A DNA stretch of 64,000 bases, from NCBI RefSeq assembly GCF_963921235.1, contig NC_086097.1, forward strand, positions 116,252,001 through 116,316,000, in the 5' to 3' direction. Source of the stretch: Mobula hypostoma (Eukaryota). The notes below the pieces were generated by a model, which saw only the letters and a list, made by a program, of their open reading frames with translations, did not search any database and was not told the origin of the DNA. Position numbers and translations under genes: made by a program. Positions 49,930 to 62,689 of this stretch are shown here, one piece after another. Position 1 is the stretch's first letter. The number at the start of each line of letters is the position of its first letter.

Positions 49930-50300
49930 TGTTAAAGTTCAAAGTAAGTTTGCTATCAAAGTACACATATGTCACCATATAAAGCCCTGAGATTCATTTT
50001 CTTGTGGGTATATTCAATAAATCTATAGAATAGTAACTATAACAGAATCAATGAAAGACCGCCAACTAGGGCTTTCAACCAGAGCGCAGAAGACAACAAA
50101 CTGCAAATTCAGAAAGAAGAAATAATGATAATAATAAATGTACGAATGAATGAATAAATAAATAAATAAGCAATAAATATCAAGAACAGGAGATGAAGAG
50201 TCCTTGAAGGTAAGTCCATTGGCTGTGTGAGTATTTCAATGATGGGGCAAATGAAGTCGAGTGAACTTATCCTTTTGGGTTCAAGACTTTGATGGTTATG
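49930..50300 (-). mobile_element. Rex-like LINE 3' UTR
   Basis: Reverse complement of the 7600-7937 type of tail. Confidence 0.65.
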
Positions 50301-50924
50301 GTGCAGCCTAGAGAAACCATCGGCACTGATATATGTGTCACGATCTAACAACAATCTTTGACACTTACTAGGATGTGATTCTTCTGGTTTAAATATTAAA
50401 AGTTCTTCCACAGTACTCCTCTTAGTTGAATTCCCAATGTGGACCTAATGACTTAATCTAGACCAAAAATCCTCAAGGATAAATTCTGGACTCAAGTTTT
50501 AATTTACAATAAATGTTCTGCCTGCAGTCACAACCATAGAGTTATCAATACTGATAGGAGCTCTCACAATATTCAAACTGATATCTTTCTTAATCTAACC
50601 ACAGAGGTACTAGTGAAGTAATGCGTTCCAAGTGTCAAATTTAGACAAGTACTTCAAAGTCTCTGCTCTCTATCAACGATAGTTCCAGGCAATGTGACAC
50701 CAATATTGTAAAAGATACATATTTAAAGCTACAGCCATTCTGGGCATCATCCAAAGTTGACAACTACTCTGCAAAAAAAGGACTAAAATTTACTGAGTAA
50801 GGCAAACTCAAAGTCAACTTCCAAACTTGCTAGCTCTGCTGAAGGGACATGTAACTCCTGTTTATACTCCAGTCTGCTGTTTGCACTCCTACTTAATGTG
50901 CACTAAAATGGTGGGTATACCGTA

Positions 50925-51262
50925 CAAGAGAAACACACACAAAATGCAGGAGGAACTCAGCAGGCCAGGCAGCATCTATGGAGGGGAATAAACAGTCGAC
51001 ACTCAGGCTGAGGTCCTTCACCAGGACTAGACAGGAAGAGGGAAGGAGCCAGAATAAGAAAGTTGGTAGGGAGGGTAAGGAGTACAAGGTGGAGGGTGAT
51101 TGGAGAATTCAGGTGAGGGGGAATGTGGGTGGGTGGGGGAGGTGGGATAAAGTGGGAAGTTGAGAGGTGGAAAAGCAGAAGGAATCTGATAGGAGAGAAG
51201 AATAGACCATGGGAGAAAGCAAAGGAGGAGGGACACCACAGGGAGGCGATGGGCAGATGAAC
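50925..51262 (-). mobile_element. PLE pLTR fragment with decayed hammerhead
   Basis: Homologous to 30060-30350; motif at ~50993-51028. Confidence 0.8.
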
Positions 51263-51306
51263 AAATGCCTTGTTTCGGAACATCAAATGCTAATTCACTT
51301 CTGCTA

Positions 51307-51548
51307 TGTTTTGTAACTTCAAAACATTAAACTAATTAAAGGAAGGCACAAGAGTCCGGGAATATGTGTGTGACTTCATACTTACTTTAAGCGAGGCGCG
51401 AAAGTATCGTGTGGTAGCATGATGACATATGCAATTAACGTATTTTCACATATAACTATAATTAATTATTTAAACAATATAGAATGCTTAATCAACCAAT
51501 ATATATACATGAGTACGCAAATACTATTGAAATATTAATTACACAACA
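51307..51548. mobile_element. Possible short solo LTR
   Basis: TGTT...AACA termini; no TSD found. Confidence 0.35.
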
Positions 51549-51561
51549 CCTTCCATAGGTC

Positions 51562-52820
51562 ACAAACACGAGAAAATCTGCATATTCTGGAAATCCAAAG
51601 CAACACCCACAAAATGCTGCAGGAACTCAGCAGGCCAGGCAGCATCTATGGAAATGAATAAACAGTTGACACTTTGGACTGAGACCCTTCTTCGGGACTG
51701 GAAAGGAGGGAGAGGTCAGGGTGAGAAGGTGGGGTGAGGAAGAAGTAAAAGGTGAAACTGAACAGGGGAAGGGGGGGTGAAGTAAAGTGCTGGGAAGTTG
51801 ATTGGTGAAAGAGATCTACACCGGGTCTCACTGATATACAGGTGGTCACACCGGGAGCACAAGATACACTAGATGAGCCCATCAGACTCACAGGTGAAGT
51901 GTTGCCTCACCAGGAAGGACTGTTTGCGGCCTGAATAGTAGCCAGGGAGGAGAAGCTGGAGCAGGTGTGGCACTAGTTCTATTTGCGAGTTTAAGTACCG
52001 GGAGGGAGATTCATGGGGAGAGACGAGCGGACAAGGGAGTCATGTAGGGAGTGATTCCCGGGGGAGGCGGAAAGTGAGAGGGTGGGAAAGATGTGCTTGG
52101 TGGGGGGATCCTGTTGGGGATGGTGGAAGTTGCAGAGAATTATGTGCTGGACGCGGAGGCTAATGGGATGTAGGTGAGGACAAGAGGAGCCCTATCCATG
52201 GTGTGGTGACAGGAGGATAGGGTGAGAGCAGATGTGCATGAAATGGAAGAGAAGCAGGTGAGGGCAGCATTGATGCTGGAGGAAGGAACGGAAGCCCTTT
52301 CTTTGAAGAAGGAGGATATCTCAGTTGTTCTGGAATGAAAAGCCTCATTCTGAAAGCAGATGCAAGGGAGATGCAGGAATTGAGAGAAGGGGTTGGCATT
52401 TTTAAACGTGACAGGGTGAGGAGAGGTAGAGTCCAGAGAGCTGTGTGTCAGTGGATTTTCCCTCCCTCACCTTATCTCTTTGCCTGCCCATCACCTTCCT
52501 CTGGTGCTCCTCCCCTTCCCTTCCTTCCAAGGTCTTCTAGCCTCTCCTACCAGATTCCCCCTTCTCCAGCCCTTTATCTCTTTCACCAATCAACTTCCCA
52601 GCTCTTTACTTCACCCTCCCCTCTTGATTTTACCTATCACCTATCACATTGTGCTTCATTCTTACCCTGACTTCTCCCCCTCCTAGCCAGTCCTGAAGTA
52701 GACTCTCGGCCTGAAACACCGGTTGTTCACTCTTTTCCATAGATGCTGCCGGACTTGCTGAGTTCCTCCAGTATTTTGAGTGTGTTACTCAGGATTTCCA
52801 GCACATGCATAGACTCTTGT
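51562..52820. mobile_element. Older PLE with inverted pLTRs around an ORF fragment
   Basis: Minus pLTR 51562-51815; minus RT C-terminus/linker fragment ~51830-52440; plus pLTR ~52452-52820. Confidence 0.8.
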
Positions 52821-53059
52821 ATTAATAATATACAAGACAATCTCTTACTTCTCTCCCATTCTTGCCAATCATTTGCAATGTAGATCCCTGTATCTTTAAG
52901 GTTCAAATGGAGCAACAGCTATCAGCAAAATAATAATGTTAATTCATTCTGGGTTGTTTAGCCTATAAACTGCAGTGTGCTATTGACACAAACAAAAGTA
53001 ACAAACTTTTTCTCTTTCCTACAGCTTTTCTTTATCAAATCGCTGATATGAAATAAGCT

Positions 53060-53458
53060 GTGGTGAGCTGTGAACTCAGTCATATCCATGCACTCACTGG
53101 CCTCCTCAGCATCCAGGGCATATTCAAGGAGTGATGCCTCAAAAAGGCAGGGTCCATCAGTTAGGACCCCCGTCACCCAGGACATGCCCTGTTTTTATTG
53201 CTACCATCAGGAAGAAGCCACAAGAAACTCAGGAACAGCTGCTTCCGCTCTGCCACCTGATTTCTGAAAGGACATTAAACCCATGAACACCACCTCACCA
53301 CTTCTTTTATTTCTATTTTTGTGCTACTTATTTAATTTAACTATTATAAAACTGCAATGCACAGTTTTTCTCTATTATTATTTATTGCATTTTATCGCTG
53401 CTGTAAAAACATCAAATTTCACAACATATTCTGATGACATTAAACCTGATTCTGATAT
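53060..53458 (+). mobile_element. Rex1/Babar-like LINE 3' end
   Basis: Matches 6065-6466. Confidence 0.7.
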
Positions 53459-54049
53459 GAACAACAGACTGCAACTGTACCTATGGATGGGAATTTACTA
53501 TAATGTTGTAGCTATAGATACTATTGGATTTTAGTTTGTCTCTGTAGATATTTTAGATGATGTCACTAAAGAGTTAGGTGGAAAGAGTATGCAGGGTGGC
53601 TATGGAAACACATGCATTACAGGGGCTGAGTGCCAAAAGGCAGCTGGATAGTATGGTTAAGGCTAACAAAATTGTTTGCACAATGGTATGGTCAGTGAAC
53701 GGAAAGAAAATGGAAGACCATAAGACATAGGAACAGAATTCGGCCATTGGGCCCATCAAATCTGTTCTGCCATTCGATCAATTCGCCATTCAGAAATGAG
53801 CTATCAGAGCAGTCACTCTGCCATAGGGTCTGAGATAAGGGATAGGACAAGTCAAGGCATCCACAACTCCAGCAAATACACATTTGTCAAAGGGATCAGG
53901 CAGCTGTGTTGTCCAAACAATATTCAGGCCTTTGCACATTAAAAAATGATCAATGGGACTTTGAAGCGAACTTTTTACAGAGGCTGTGTCCTGAACAAAG
54001 TAGAGGAGAAGTCATTCATACAAAGGCACAAACTTCAGTGCTGAGGTAT

Positions 54050-55354
54050 AAATATGTTAGAGCATTCAGAGGTCAAGAAGGAGGAAGTGTTGGGTCTCAT
54101 AATGAGTATTAAGGTGGATAAGTCCCCAAGGCCTAATGGGATTTACCCCAGGTTATTGAAGGAGGCAAGGGCCGAGATTGCTGGGCCTTTGATGAGTATC
54201 TTTGTGTCCTCTCTAGCCAAAGGTGAGGCCCTGGAGGACTGACAAGTGGCTAATGTTTTACCTTAATTTAAGAAAGGAGCAAGGAAAAATCCTGGGAACT
54301 ATAGATCAGTGAGTCTCACATCAGATCCGTAAGGATCTGTGCTGGGACCTCTGCTGTTTTATGATATATATAAATGACCTAGGTGAAAATAAGTAAATTT
54401 GCAGATGATACCAAGTGGGTTAAGTAAATTTGCAGATGATACCAAGATTGGTAGCGTTGTGGACAGTGTAGAGAACTGGCAAGAAAATACAGCACAAAAT
54501 AGACCAGTTGCAGACATGGACAGAGAAGTGGCAGATGATGTTTAACCCAAATAAAATGTGAGGTGTTGCACCTCAGTAGGGCAAGTACAAGGAGACAGTA
54601 CACTGTAAAAGGCAAGACCCTTAACAGTGTTGCTGAGCAGAGGGATCTTGGGATTCAAGTTCATAGCTCCTTGAAAGTGGCTAAACAGGTCGATAAAGTG
54701 GTCAAGAAGGCTTATGGAATATTCGCTTTTAATGGTTGAGGAATTGAGTTCAAAAGTCAGAAGGTTATGTTGCAACTTTATAAACTCTGGTTAGGCCACA
54801 TCTGGAGTATTGTGTACAGTTCTGGTCTCCCACCGTAGGAAGGATGTTGAGGCTTTGGAGAGGGCACAGAAGAGGTTTACCAGGGTGCTGCCTGGTTTAG
54901 AGGGCATGTTCTGTCACAAGAGGCAGGATAAACATGGGCTGTTTTTTCTGGAAGCTGAGGGGAGATATGATAGAGGTTTACAAGACTATGAGAGGCATAG
55001 ATAGAGTGGACAATAACTATCTGTTTCTCAGGGTTGAAGCATCTAATACCAGAGGGTATTAATACATTTAAGGTGAGAGGGAGTAGGTTCAATTGGGATG
55101 TGAGGAGTAAGTTTTTTACTCAGAGAGTGGTGGATGCCTTGAATGCATTGCCTGGTATTGTGGGATAGGCAAATACATTAGAGGCTTTTAAGAGACATTT
55201 GGATAGGCATATAGATGTAAGGAGGATGGAGGGATATGGACATGGTGTAGGTAGGAGGGATTAGTGTTTGGGCAATTTGATTTACTTTTCAGCTGGTTTG
55301 GCACAACATTGAGGGCTGAATAGCCTGTGCCCGTGCTGTACTCTTCTATGTTCT
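54050..55354 (+). mobile_element. CR1 fragment, decayed
   Basis: IKVDKSP.P.GIYPRLLKE; KFADDTK (duplicated); 3' UTR. Confidence 0.88.
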
Positions 55355-55474
55355 AAAATGGACATTTCATGAACCCAAGAAAACAGAGCGATCAGAACAC
55401 AGAGAGATAAATGTGTTTTTTAACCATCTTCAATGATAATCCGGAGTTCAGCACAAGATTTACAATAAATTGAA

Positions 55475-57140
55475 ATCAGAATTGGTTTATTATTGTCACA
55501 TGCACTGAGATACAGTGAAAAGCCTGTCTTGCATAGTGTTCGTACAGATCAAATCCTTATGCAGTGCATTAAGGTAGAACAAAGTAAATCAATAATAGAA
55601 TGCAGAATAAAATGCAAGAGATTGGAAAAAATGCAGTGCAATATCGTAATGAGGTAGACTATGAGTTCAAGAATCCATCTTGTCATACTAGGGAACCATT
55701 CAATAGTCTTATAACAGCAGAACAGAAGCTGTCCTTGACCCTGATATATGTGTGCTGAGACTTTGGTAACTTCTACACAATGGGAGAGGGGAGTGGAGAG
55801 GATGTCTAGGGTGGGATGGGGTCTGTGATTATCCTGGCTACTTTACAGAGGCAACAAGAAGCATAGACAGAGTGCATAGAGAGGAGGATGGATTCCATGA
55901 TGTTCTGAGCTGTACCCACTACTTTTTGCAGTTCCTTGCAGTCACGAGAGCAGCAGTTACCAGACTAAGCTGTGATGCCTCCGAACAGGATACCTTCTAG
56001 CAACACACACGAAATGCTAAAGGCAGGATGAAGGATCTCGGCCCGAAATGTTGACAGTATTTTTTTTCCATAGATGCTGCCTGCTTTGCTGAGTTCTTCC
56101 AGCATTTTGTGTGTGGTGCTTGGATTTCCAGCATCTGCAGATTTTCTCTTGTTTCTGATAGGATACTTTCTAGGGTGTATCGATAAAAATTGGTCAAGGA
56201 CAATGGGAGATGGCAAATTTCATTTACTAAAGCAAGTAAAGACACTGGTGAGCTTTCACGGTGATGGTCTACATGGCTGGACCAGAACAGGCTGTTGGTA
56301 ATTGATTCACTCCCTGGAACCTGAAGTTTTTAACACTCTCAATCTTACACCATTAATGCAAACAGCAGATTGTGCGCTGTCCTCCTTTCAGAAGTCAATC
56401 ATCAGCTCTTCTGTTTTGATGATTTTGTTGTCATGTCACCATGTTACTAGATTCTCTCTTTCTGTACTCTGACACATAGTTATTTGAGATATAGCTCACT
56501 ACGCCAGTATCATCAGCAAACTTGTAGATGGAGTTAGAGCAGATCTGGCCAGACAGTCACCAGTGTACAGGGAGCAGAGCAGGGGGTGAGGAAGCAATCT
56601 TGTGGAGTACTAGTTCTGAGAATAGGTGGAGGTGCCTTCCCTTACTGATTGTGGTCTGTGGACCAGGAAGTGGAAAATGCAAAATTGCAGAGGGAAGTGT
56701 TGAATCCCAGGTCCCGGAGTTTAGTAAGGAACTTGCTTGGAATTATAATTTTGAAGGTGGAGCTGTATTCAATAAAGCATATTCTAATGTAGGTGTCCAG
56801 ATGCTGCAGAGATGAGTATAGGGCCATGGAGTAGGCAAAGAGCAGTGGGTTGAGTTTGTCTGGGAGACGAGCTTTCAAAAATGCCTTATCCAGCCTCTAA
56901 AACCATTTTATGACCATGGTGTTTCAGAGTTACCAGGCATATTCATTAATGCACATTACCTTGCTTTTCATAGGTACCAGAATGATAGTGGTCTTTTTAA
57001 ACAGGTGAAAACTTCAAATTGAAGCAGTGAGTGGATGAAAATGTCTGCAGATATCCCTATCAGCTGACCCGCACAGGGTCAAAGGATAGGGCCAAAGGCG
57101 TGATCTCGGCTAAATGCTTTCTGCAGGCTCACTCTTTGAA
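55475..57140 (-). mobile_element. Rex1/Babar-like LINE, interrupted by a short PLE-derived element
   Basis: LNPLLFAY..TYIRICFIEYSSTF..IIPSKFLTKLRDLG..SLCN; LTNFYRYTLESIL. Confidence 0.75.
56001..56159 (+). mobile_element. Short PLE-terminus element with hammerhead remnant, 14-bp TSD
   Basis: AGGATACCTTCTAG (55987-56000) / AGGATACTTTCTAG (56160-56173); short inverted arm, GATGAAGGATCTCGGCCCGAAATGTTGAC, then tail. Confidence 0.88.
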
Positions 57141-57496
57141 AGGCAATACCTAAACAACAATATGGTTCCATCATGTCTTGATTTATCCACAAAAGTCTTT
57201 GAAAATGTTAACGACAGATTCATCATGAAAGTAAATCTCTTCACCAAGTTTTCAGAATCTCTAGAAACTCGGAGCCTTCCTCCATCAAAATTTTGTTGTG
57301 ATAAAGATCACAATCGACAAATTAACTTATTTACCAGATTTATGGTCTTCACAACAAATAGCCAGGTCAAAGATGTACATTCAAGAAATTGGACAGAGAA
57401 TAGGGGCTGGGACTGATTTGATCAAATGTTCAAAGGTGAGTTTTTTTGAGCGATGACTTAGGAGTATTTTAGGGCAAACTTCGTTAGGAAACTGCA

Positions 57497-57629
57497 GACA
57501 AATCTGGTTTTAGATGCTGATCCAGACCTGGTATTGGACAAAATCTGGAAATCAATTCTTGTTCTGACATGGTATAGATACAAATCTGGAAATCAGCATT
57601 AATCCTGGCCTGATATAGATTAAATCTAG
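57497..57629. repeat. Degenerate ~41-bp tandem repeat (about 3.3 units)
   Basis: ACAAATCTGG-like anchors at ~57498, 57538, 57580 and 57620. Confidence 0.6.
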
Positions 57630-58157
57630 TATTAGGCTGAGAAGATAAAAATGGTGAAAAACTGTTTCATTCCAGGTTTTTACTCATTATGCCTTACCTG
57701 GTTAAGAAATGATGAGTACTTTTCTTAAAATTATTAGCTTCTCCTGCTATGAATTGCCTAATAAGACTATTTCATGGACTATTTTACTAGCTATTCCACA
57801 CTAGTCTGAAATCATCTGATTCCAAAGAGCTTCTCACAAGAGTATCATACATCTCAGTTACAGAGCCGGACACTTGGATCATGCACTGGGACATTTATAG
57901 CTCCTTCATTCCAGCCACTCTATACTTTCTAATTACTTTGACTTCCTTGTGGTTGTGGATGGAACATTGTGGAGGATGGTAGAAAACCGAAGGAATTTTC
58001 CACCTTTAACCCATCACTTTCGTTTCATCTTCAAAGACAAGGACTTCTGTTTAGTTGTTTCATATTTCCTCAGTATATTTTTCATGGTATCCATGAGCTG
58101 GGTTATGTGCAAGGCACAATGCCAGGTCAAGAATTGTTGGAGTTCTAACATGAAGGG

Positions 58158-58705
58158 GAACCCAAGCTAGCATTTGTGATCTGTATTAGAGGCATCAGTG
58201 GTGTTAGCCCTAAAGTTCGCAAGGTGCTTCAGCTCCTACGACTGCGTCAGATCTTCAGCGGAGAATTTGTGAAACTGAATAAGGCTTCAATCAATATGCT
58301 CCGTATTGCACAGCCATACATTGCATGGGGCTATCCAAATCTTAAGTCTGTCCATGAATTGATTTACAAATGTGACTTCGGCATGATCCGACATCAGCGC
58401 ATTGCGCTCACTGACAATTCCTTGATCGAAAAACAGCTTGGAAGGTGTGGCATCATTTGCATTGATGATCTGATTCAGTAGGGAAGAATTTCAAGATGGC
58501 CAACAATTTCTTGTGGCTCTTCAAATTGTCCTCATCACGTGGTGGCATGAACAAAAAGACAACACACTACGTTGAGGGTGGTGATGCTCGCAACAGAGAA
58601 GGCGAAACCAACAGAATGATTAGGTGTACGAACTGAGGTGTGCCACAGATGTCAAATTTCTACCATATCTGTTAAATAAAGAAATTTATTTACAGTGAAA
58701 AAAAA
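58158..58705 (+). pseudogene. RPL7: 60S ribosomal protein L7 (uL30) processed pseudogene, 5'-truncated
   Basis: [71 protein letters not shown]. Intronless; frameshifting deletion at ~58477; stop 58634-58636; AATAAA 58675-58680; A8 58698-58705. Confidence 0.95.
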
Positions 58706-58959
58706 TCAACTTGACAATGTTAAGCTGAAAGTACAAGGGTTTAAAGGCTCCAGATAAGACAACAATGAACACATACAGCTGTACGGACCCTCAAGGCTCA
58801 TGTCAGTACCTCCCTCCCTAAGCCTGGCACACAAAGGCCCAGAAAGTGCAGGAGAACTTGAGACAGGGCTGGTAAATTCAAGACAGACCTGTTGCTAATG
58901 ACTAAACATTCAGTGAGCATATATGTATAGATACACACACATATAATATTTGTATGTAA

Positions 58960-59420
58960 TGTATAATATTACATATGTAGTGCAAAAAGAGAACAAAAGT
59001 ATTAAAGAAGTGTTCATGGGCTCATTGCCCATTCAGAAATGTGATGGCAAACAGTAAGAACATTGAGTGTGTGTCTTCCAGTTCCTGTACCTCCTCCCTC
59101 ATGGTAGTAATAAAAGGAAGGCATCTTTTGAGTGGTAGGTGGTCCTTAATGATGGATACTGACTTTTTGAGGCACCACCTTTTGAAAATATCTACAATGC
59201 TTGGGAGGCATGATATCGATAGTTGAGTCTATAACCACCTGCAGCTTCTTCCAATCCTGTACAGGCACCCCTCCACACCAGACTGTGATGGTTAACAGTT
59301 AGAATGCTGTCCATGGTACATCTGTAGGTATTTGCCAAATCACCTCAAACCTTTAATGAGATATAGCTGTTGGCCTGCCTTCTTCATAATTGCATCAAAC
59401 TGTTGTGCCCCTGAGGGAGA
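58960..59420 (-). mobile_element. Rex1/Babar-like LINE fragment
   Basis: Reverse match to the Rex-like 3' region. Confidence 0.65.
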
Positions 59421-59559
59421 AAATATATTACTTTGAGGAACAGGATTCTGAACAAATGAAGCTTGCTCTGATCATGACATATTCGTACAAGGTATGTATC
59501 ACAAATTTCTCAGGCTTAATGCAGAATGTCTGCAGACATAGAGAAGAAAGTCAATTTAA

Positions 59560-60420
59560 AACTAGCATAAATGAGATCAGTCTCGAAGGTACGGAAAACA
59601 AAACAGACGCATGAGAAAGCAGCTGGCCAAAGTTGATTAGAAGGGGACACTAGCAGGGAACCTGGCAAAACAGCAAAGGCTGGAGTTTCAGGGAGTAATT
59701 CAGAAGGAGCAGAATAGATTCATTTCAAAAATGAAGTAGTATTCTAGAGGGAGGATAACACAACTGTAGCTAATAAGGGAAGTCAAAGACAGCATAAAAT
59801 CAAAAGAGAATGAATACAGAGTCACAAAAAAGAATGGGGAACTAGAGTACTGGGAAGCTTTTAAAATACGAAGGCAACTAAAAAAAGCAATAGGAGTTAA
59901 AACATGAAATATGTAGGTACGCTAGCTAATATATAAGAGGTTACTAAAAGCTTGTTCATATATTTATAAAGAGTAAAAGAGAGACAAGAATGGATATCAG
60001 GCCACTGCAAAATGACATGGGGGAGATAGTAATGGGGGACCAAGAAATGGTGGACAAACTCATTAACTGTGGGAAACACCATCAGTATGCCAGAAATTCA
60101 AGAGTATCAAGGGGCAGGATTGAAAGTGGTTGTGATTACTGAAGAGAAGATGCTTGTGAAGCTGTAATGTCTGAAGGTAGATAAGTCACCTGGATCAGTT
60201 GGACAACACCCCAGAGCATATTCAGAAATCAGTGGTTCAAAAAGACTAGGGGGTCCATGTGCAGGATTTCCAAAGGCTAACTTAAAGCTGGAGTTGGTAG
60301 TGAGGAAGGCAAATGCAATGTTAGCATTCATTTTAAGGGGACTAGGATATAAGAACAAGGATGTAATGCTGTAGCTTTATAAAGCATTAGTTAGTCCACA
60401 TTTGGAGTATTGTTGGAGTC
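59560..60420 (+). mobile_element. Decayed CR1 fragments
   Basis: LKVDKSPG, KANAMLAFI and LYKALV.PHLEYC remnants. Confidence 0.75.
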
Positions 60421-61622
60421 TTTATTCACACAGGAAACCTTTCTGCTTTGTTAACACAAAGCTAACAATAAATGATTAACTAGTCTGAATTGTTAAAATA
60501 AAGTACTTTAAAACTTTGAATATTGTCAGGTAAACTTAGAGAATTGCATACTTAAAATGGTAGCACATCCCAACTTTGAATATTCAATATTTGTGTCAGT
60601 ACCCAAAGTATACCCTTTTGGTGAGGATGTTGAGGGATGGCTCCATGATGTTATTTACTTGGATTTTCAGAAGGACTTTGTGGAGGTGCTGCACATGAGG
60701 CAGAAACATTTAGATGTTGATATTGATTGGTATTCGATCATTAGGACTCAATTCATTTTTACACAACATGCATCGAAACAACCCCAGACATCTAACAGGC
60801 CATAGGCAGCAAGGATGAAAACACCCTTTTGATTGTACTTATACATACAGCTGGAAAGATAATATTTTCTATAATAGAAAAATTAAGTCAACTGGTAAAT
60901 CAACATTGAAGAATATCACAAAGTGTCCAAAAATACCAACTAACTAATTTGATCATAGCATGATTCACATAAGAACACAAAACCTTAATTTACCATAAGA
61001 AAATAGTGCAAAATACAATGTCACTTCATGCTCATGTTGTATTTGCTTAATTCGGCTTCCATTTCTGACTCAATATCTGCCACTTCCTGTAATAATATTT
61101 TTCACCTTTAAAGTCACAGTATGAAATGGAAGAGCTTTTTCAATGGTTGCCATTCCTGTGGATCCATTCAATATTCACATTCATTTATTATTGTGTGACA
61201 GATATTGTGAGTCAGAATGCTCAAACTATTTGGAGCAAGAATGTTGTCTTACTTTCGTGGTTTGAAAAATATGAAGATTTTTCCAGGTATCAAACCATAT
61301 CAGTGTATTTAATACCCCACCTTATGAATCTCATGCATTTCCCTCTCTTTGACTGATGTATCTGATCTTTTATTTTCTGGTGTACCACTCTATTGCAACA
61401 CAAACTAATTTTACATCACACATCAATTTTTCAGGTTAACAATCTATGCAAGAAACTTCAGAAAGCCTGCAGTTGTAGCTCTGTCACTGTAAGCTGATTT
61501 TAGTCTCAATCCTGTTTGGAAGGTCGCCACACGGTGCATCTAGTTTCAGGAGTTTAAAGCTACACACAATCCGTGAAGACATGAAAATTTCATAAAATTG
61601 CGCAGGTACTTATCGGCAAATG

Positions 61623-62170
61623 TACATTCAATGGCTACTTTATTAGGTATACCTATATACGTGCTCATTAATGCAAATAAATTATCAGCCAATTATGTGA
61701 CAGGAACTCAATGCATACAGCATACAGACATGGTCAAGGGTCTCAGTTGTTGTTCAGACCAAAATGGGGAAGAAGTGTGATATAAATACCTTTGACTGTG
61801 GAATGATTGTTGGTGCCAGCCTGGATGGTTTGAATAGCTCGGAAACTGCTGATATATTGGGATTTTCACCCACAACAGTCTCTAGAGTTTACAGAGAATG
61901 GTGCAAAAAACAAAAAAATAAATCCAGTGAGCTACAGTTCTGTGGCTGAAAATGCCTTGTTAATGGGAAAGGTCAGAGGAGAATGGCCAGACTGGTTCAA
62001 GCTGACAGGAAAGTGACACTAACTCTAATAACAGTGGTGTGCAGAAGAGCATTTCTGAAAGCACAACGTGCTTATCCTTGAAGTAAATGGGCTACAGCAG
62101 GAGATGACCACAAACATACATTCAGTGGCCACTTTATTGGGTATACCGAGTGAAGTGACCACTGACTCTA
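61623..62170 (+). mobile_element. Tc1-like non-autonomous DNA transposon
   Basis: TA-CATTCAATGGCTACTTTATTAGGTATAC left TIR; paired-like HTH peptide MGKKCD..FDCGMIVGA..SETADILGFS.TTVSRVYREW; decayed right TIR ending in TA. Confidence 0.85.
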
Positions 62171-62689
62171 TGCATTTCATGGAACTCACCAACTTGCAAA
62201 ACAGTCTGCTGTGCTGAACTTACCGAAGTGGATTCAAACACAGTGCCTGGATGTCACTGCAACTAAAATGTCATTGTGGGTTAATTGGTGGCACTCCATC
62301 TGCCAAATCAGAAAGTATTTAAACCACTCTCTAGTAGGTACTGCAGGTTAGGCTAATATTCTTAGTCTGACATTGAAGGTGTGCCACTTTGCCACATAGG
62401 TAATCCTTCACTTGAAATTGCCCTACAAAACAGCAACAGCTGCACTTCAAAACTAATCCACTGAGTGTTAAGTGGTTTAAAATGTCCCATTCTCATAAGA
62501 CTAGAGGGAGCTAATTGGTCCATCAGGTCAATGTCAGCTGTCAGAGCAACCCTTTTATTCGTATTTCCCTAATTTATCTTCTTGTAACCTATTCTCCCTC
62601 ACATACCGATCTACCCAAATACAGTAAGGGTGATTTTCCATAACTAATTAACATGCAACCCCCCCCCCCCAAGCGGCATGCCTTTTAAA

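Noticed and set aside
57990..58100. Inverted 5' part of RPL7, or a Tigger-like transposase start
   Set aside because: Minus-strand translation does not match RPL7 and is too short to assign
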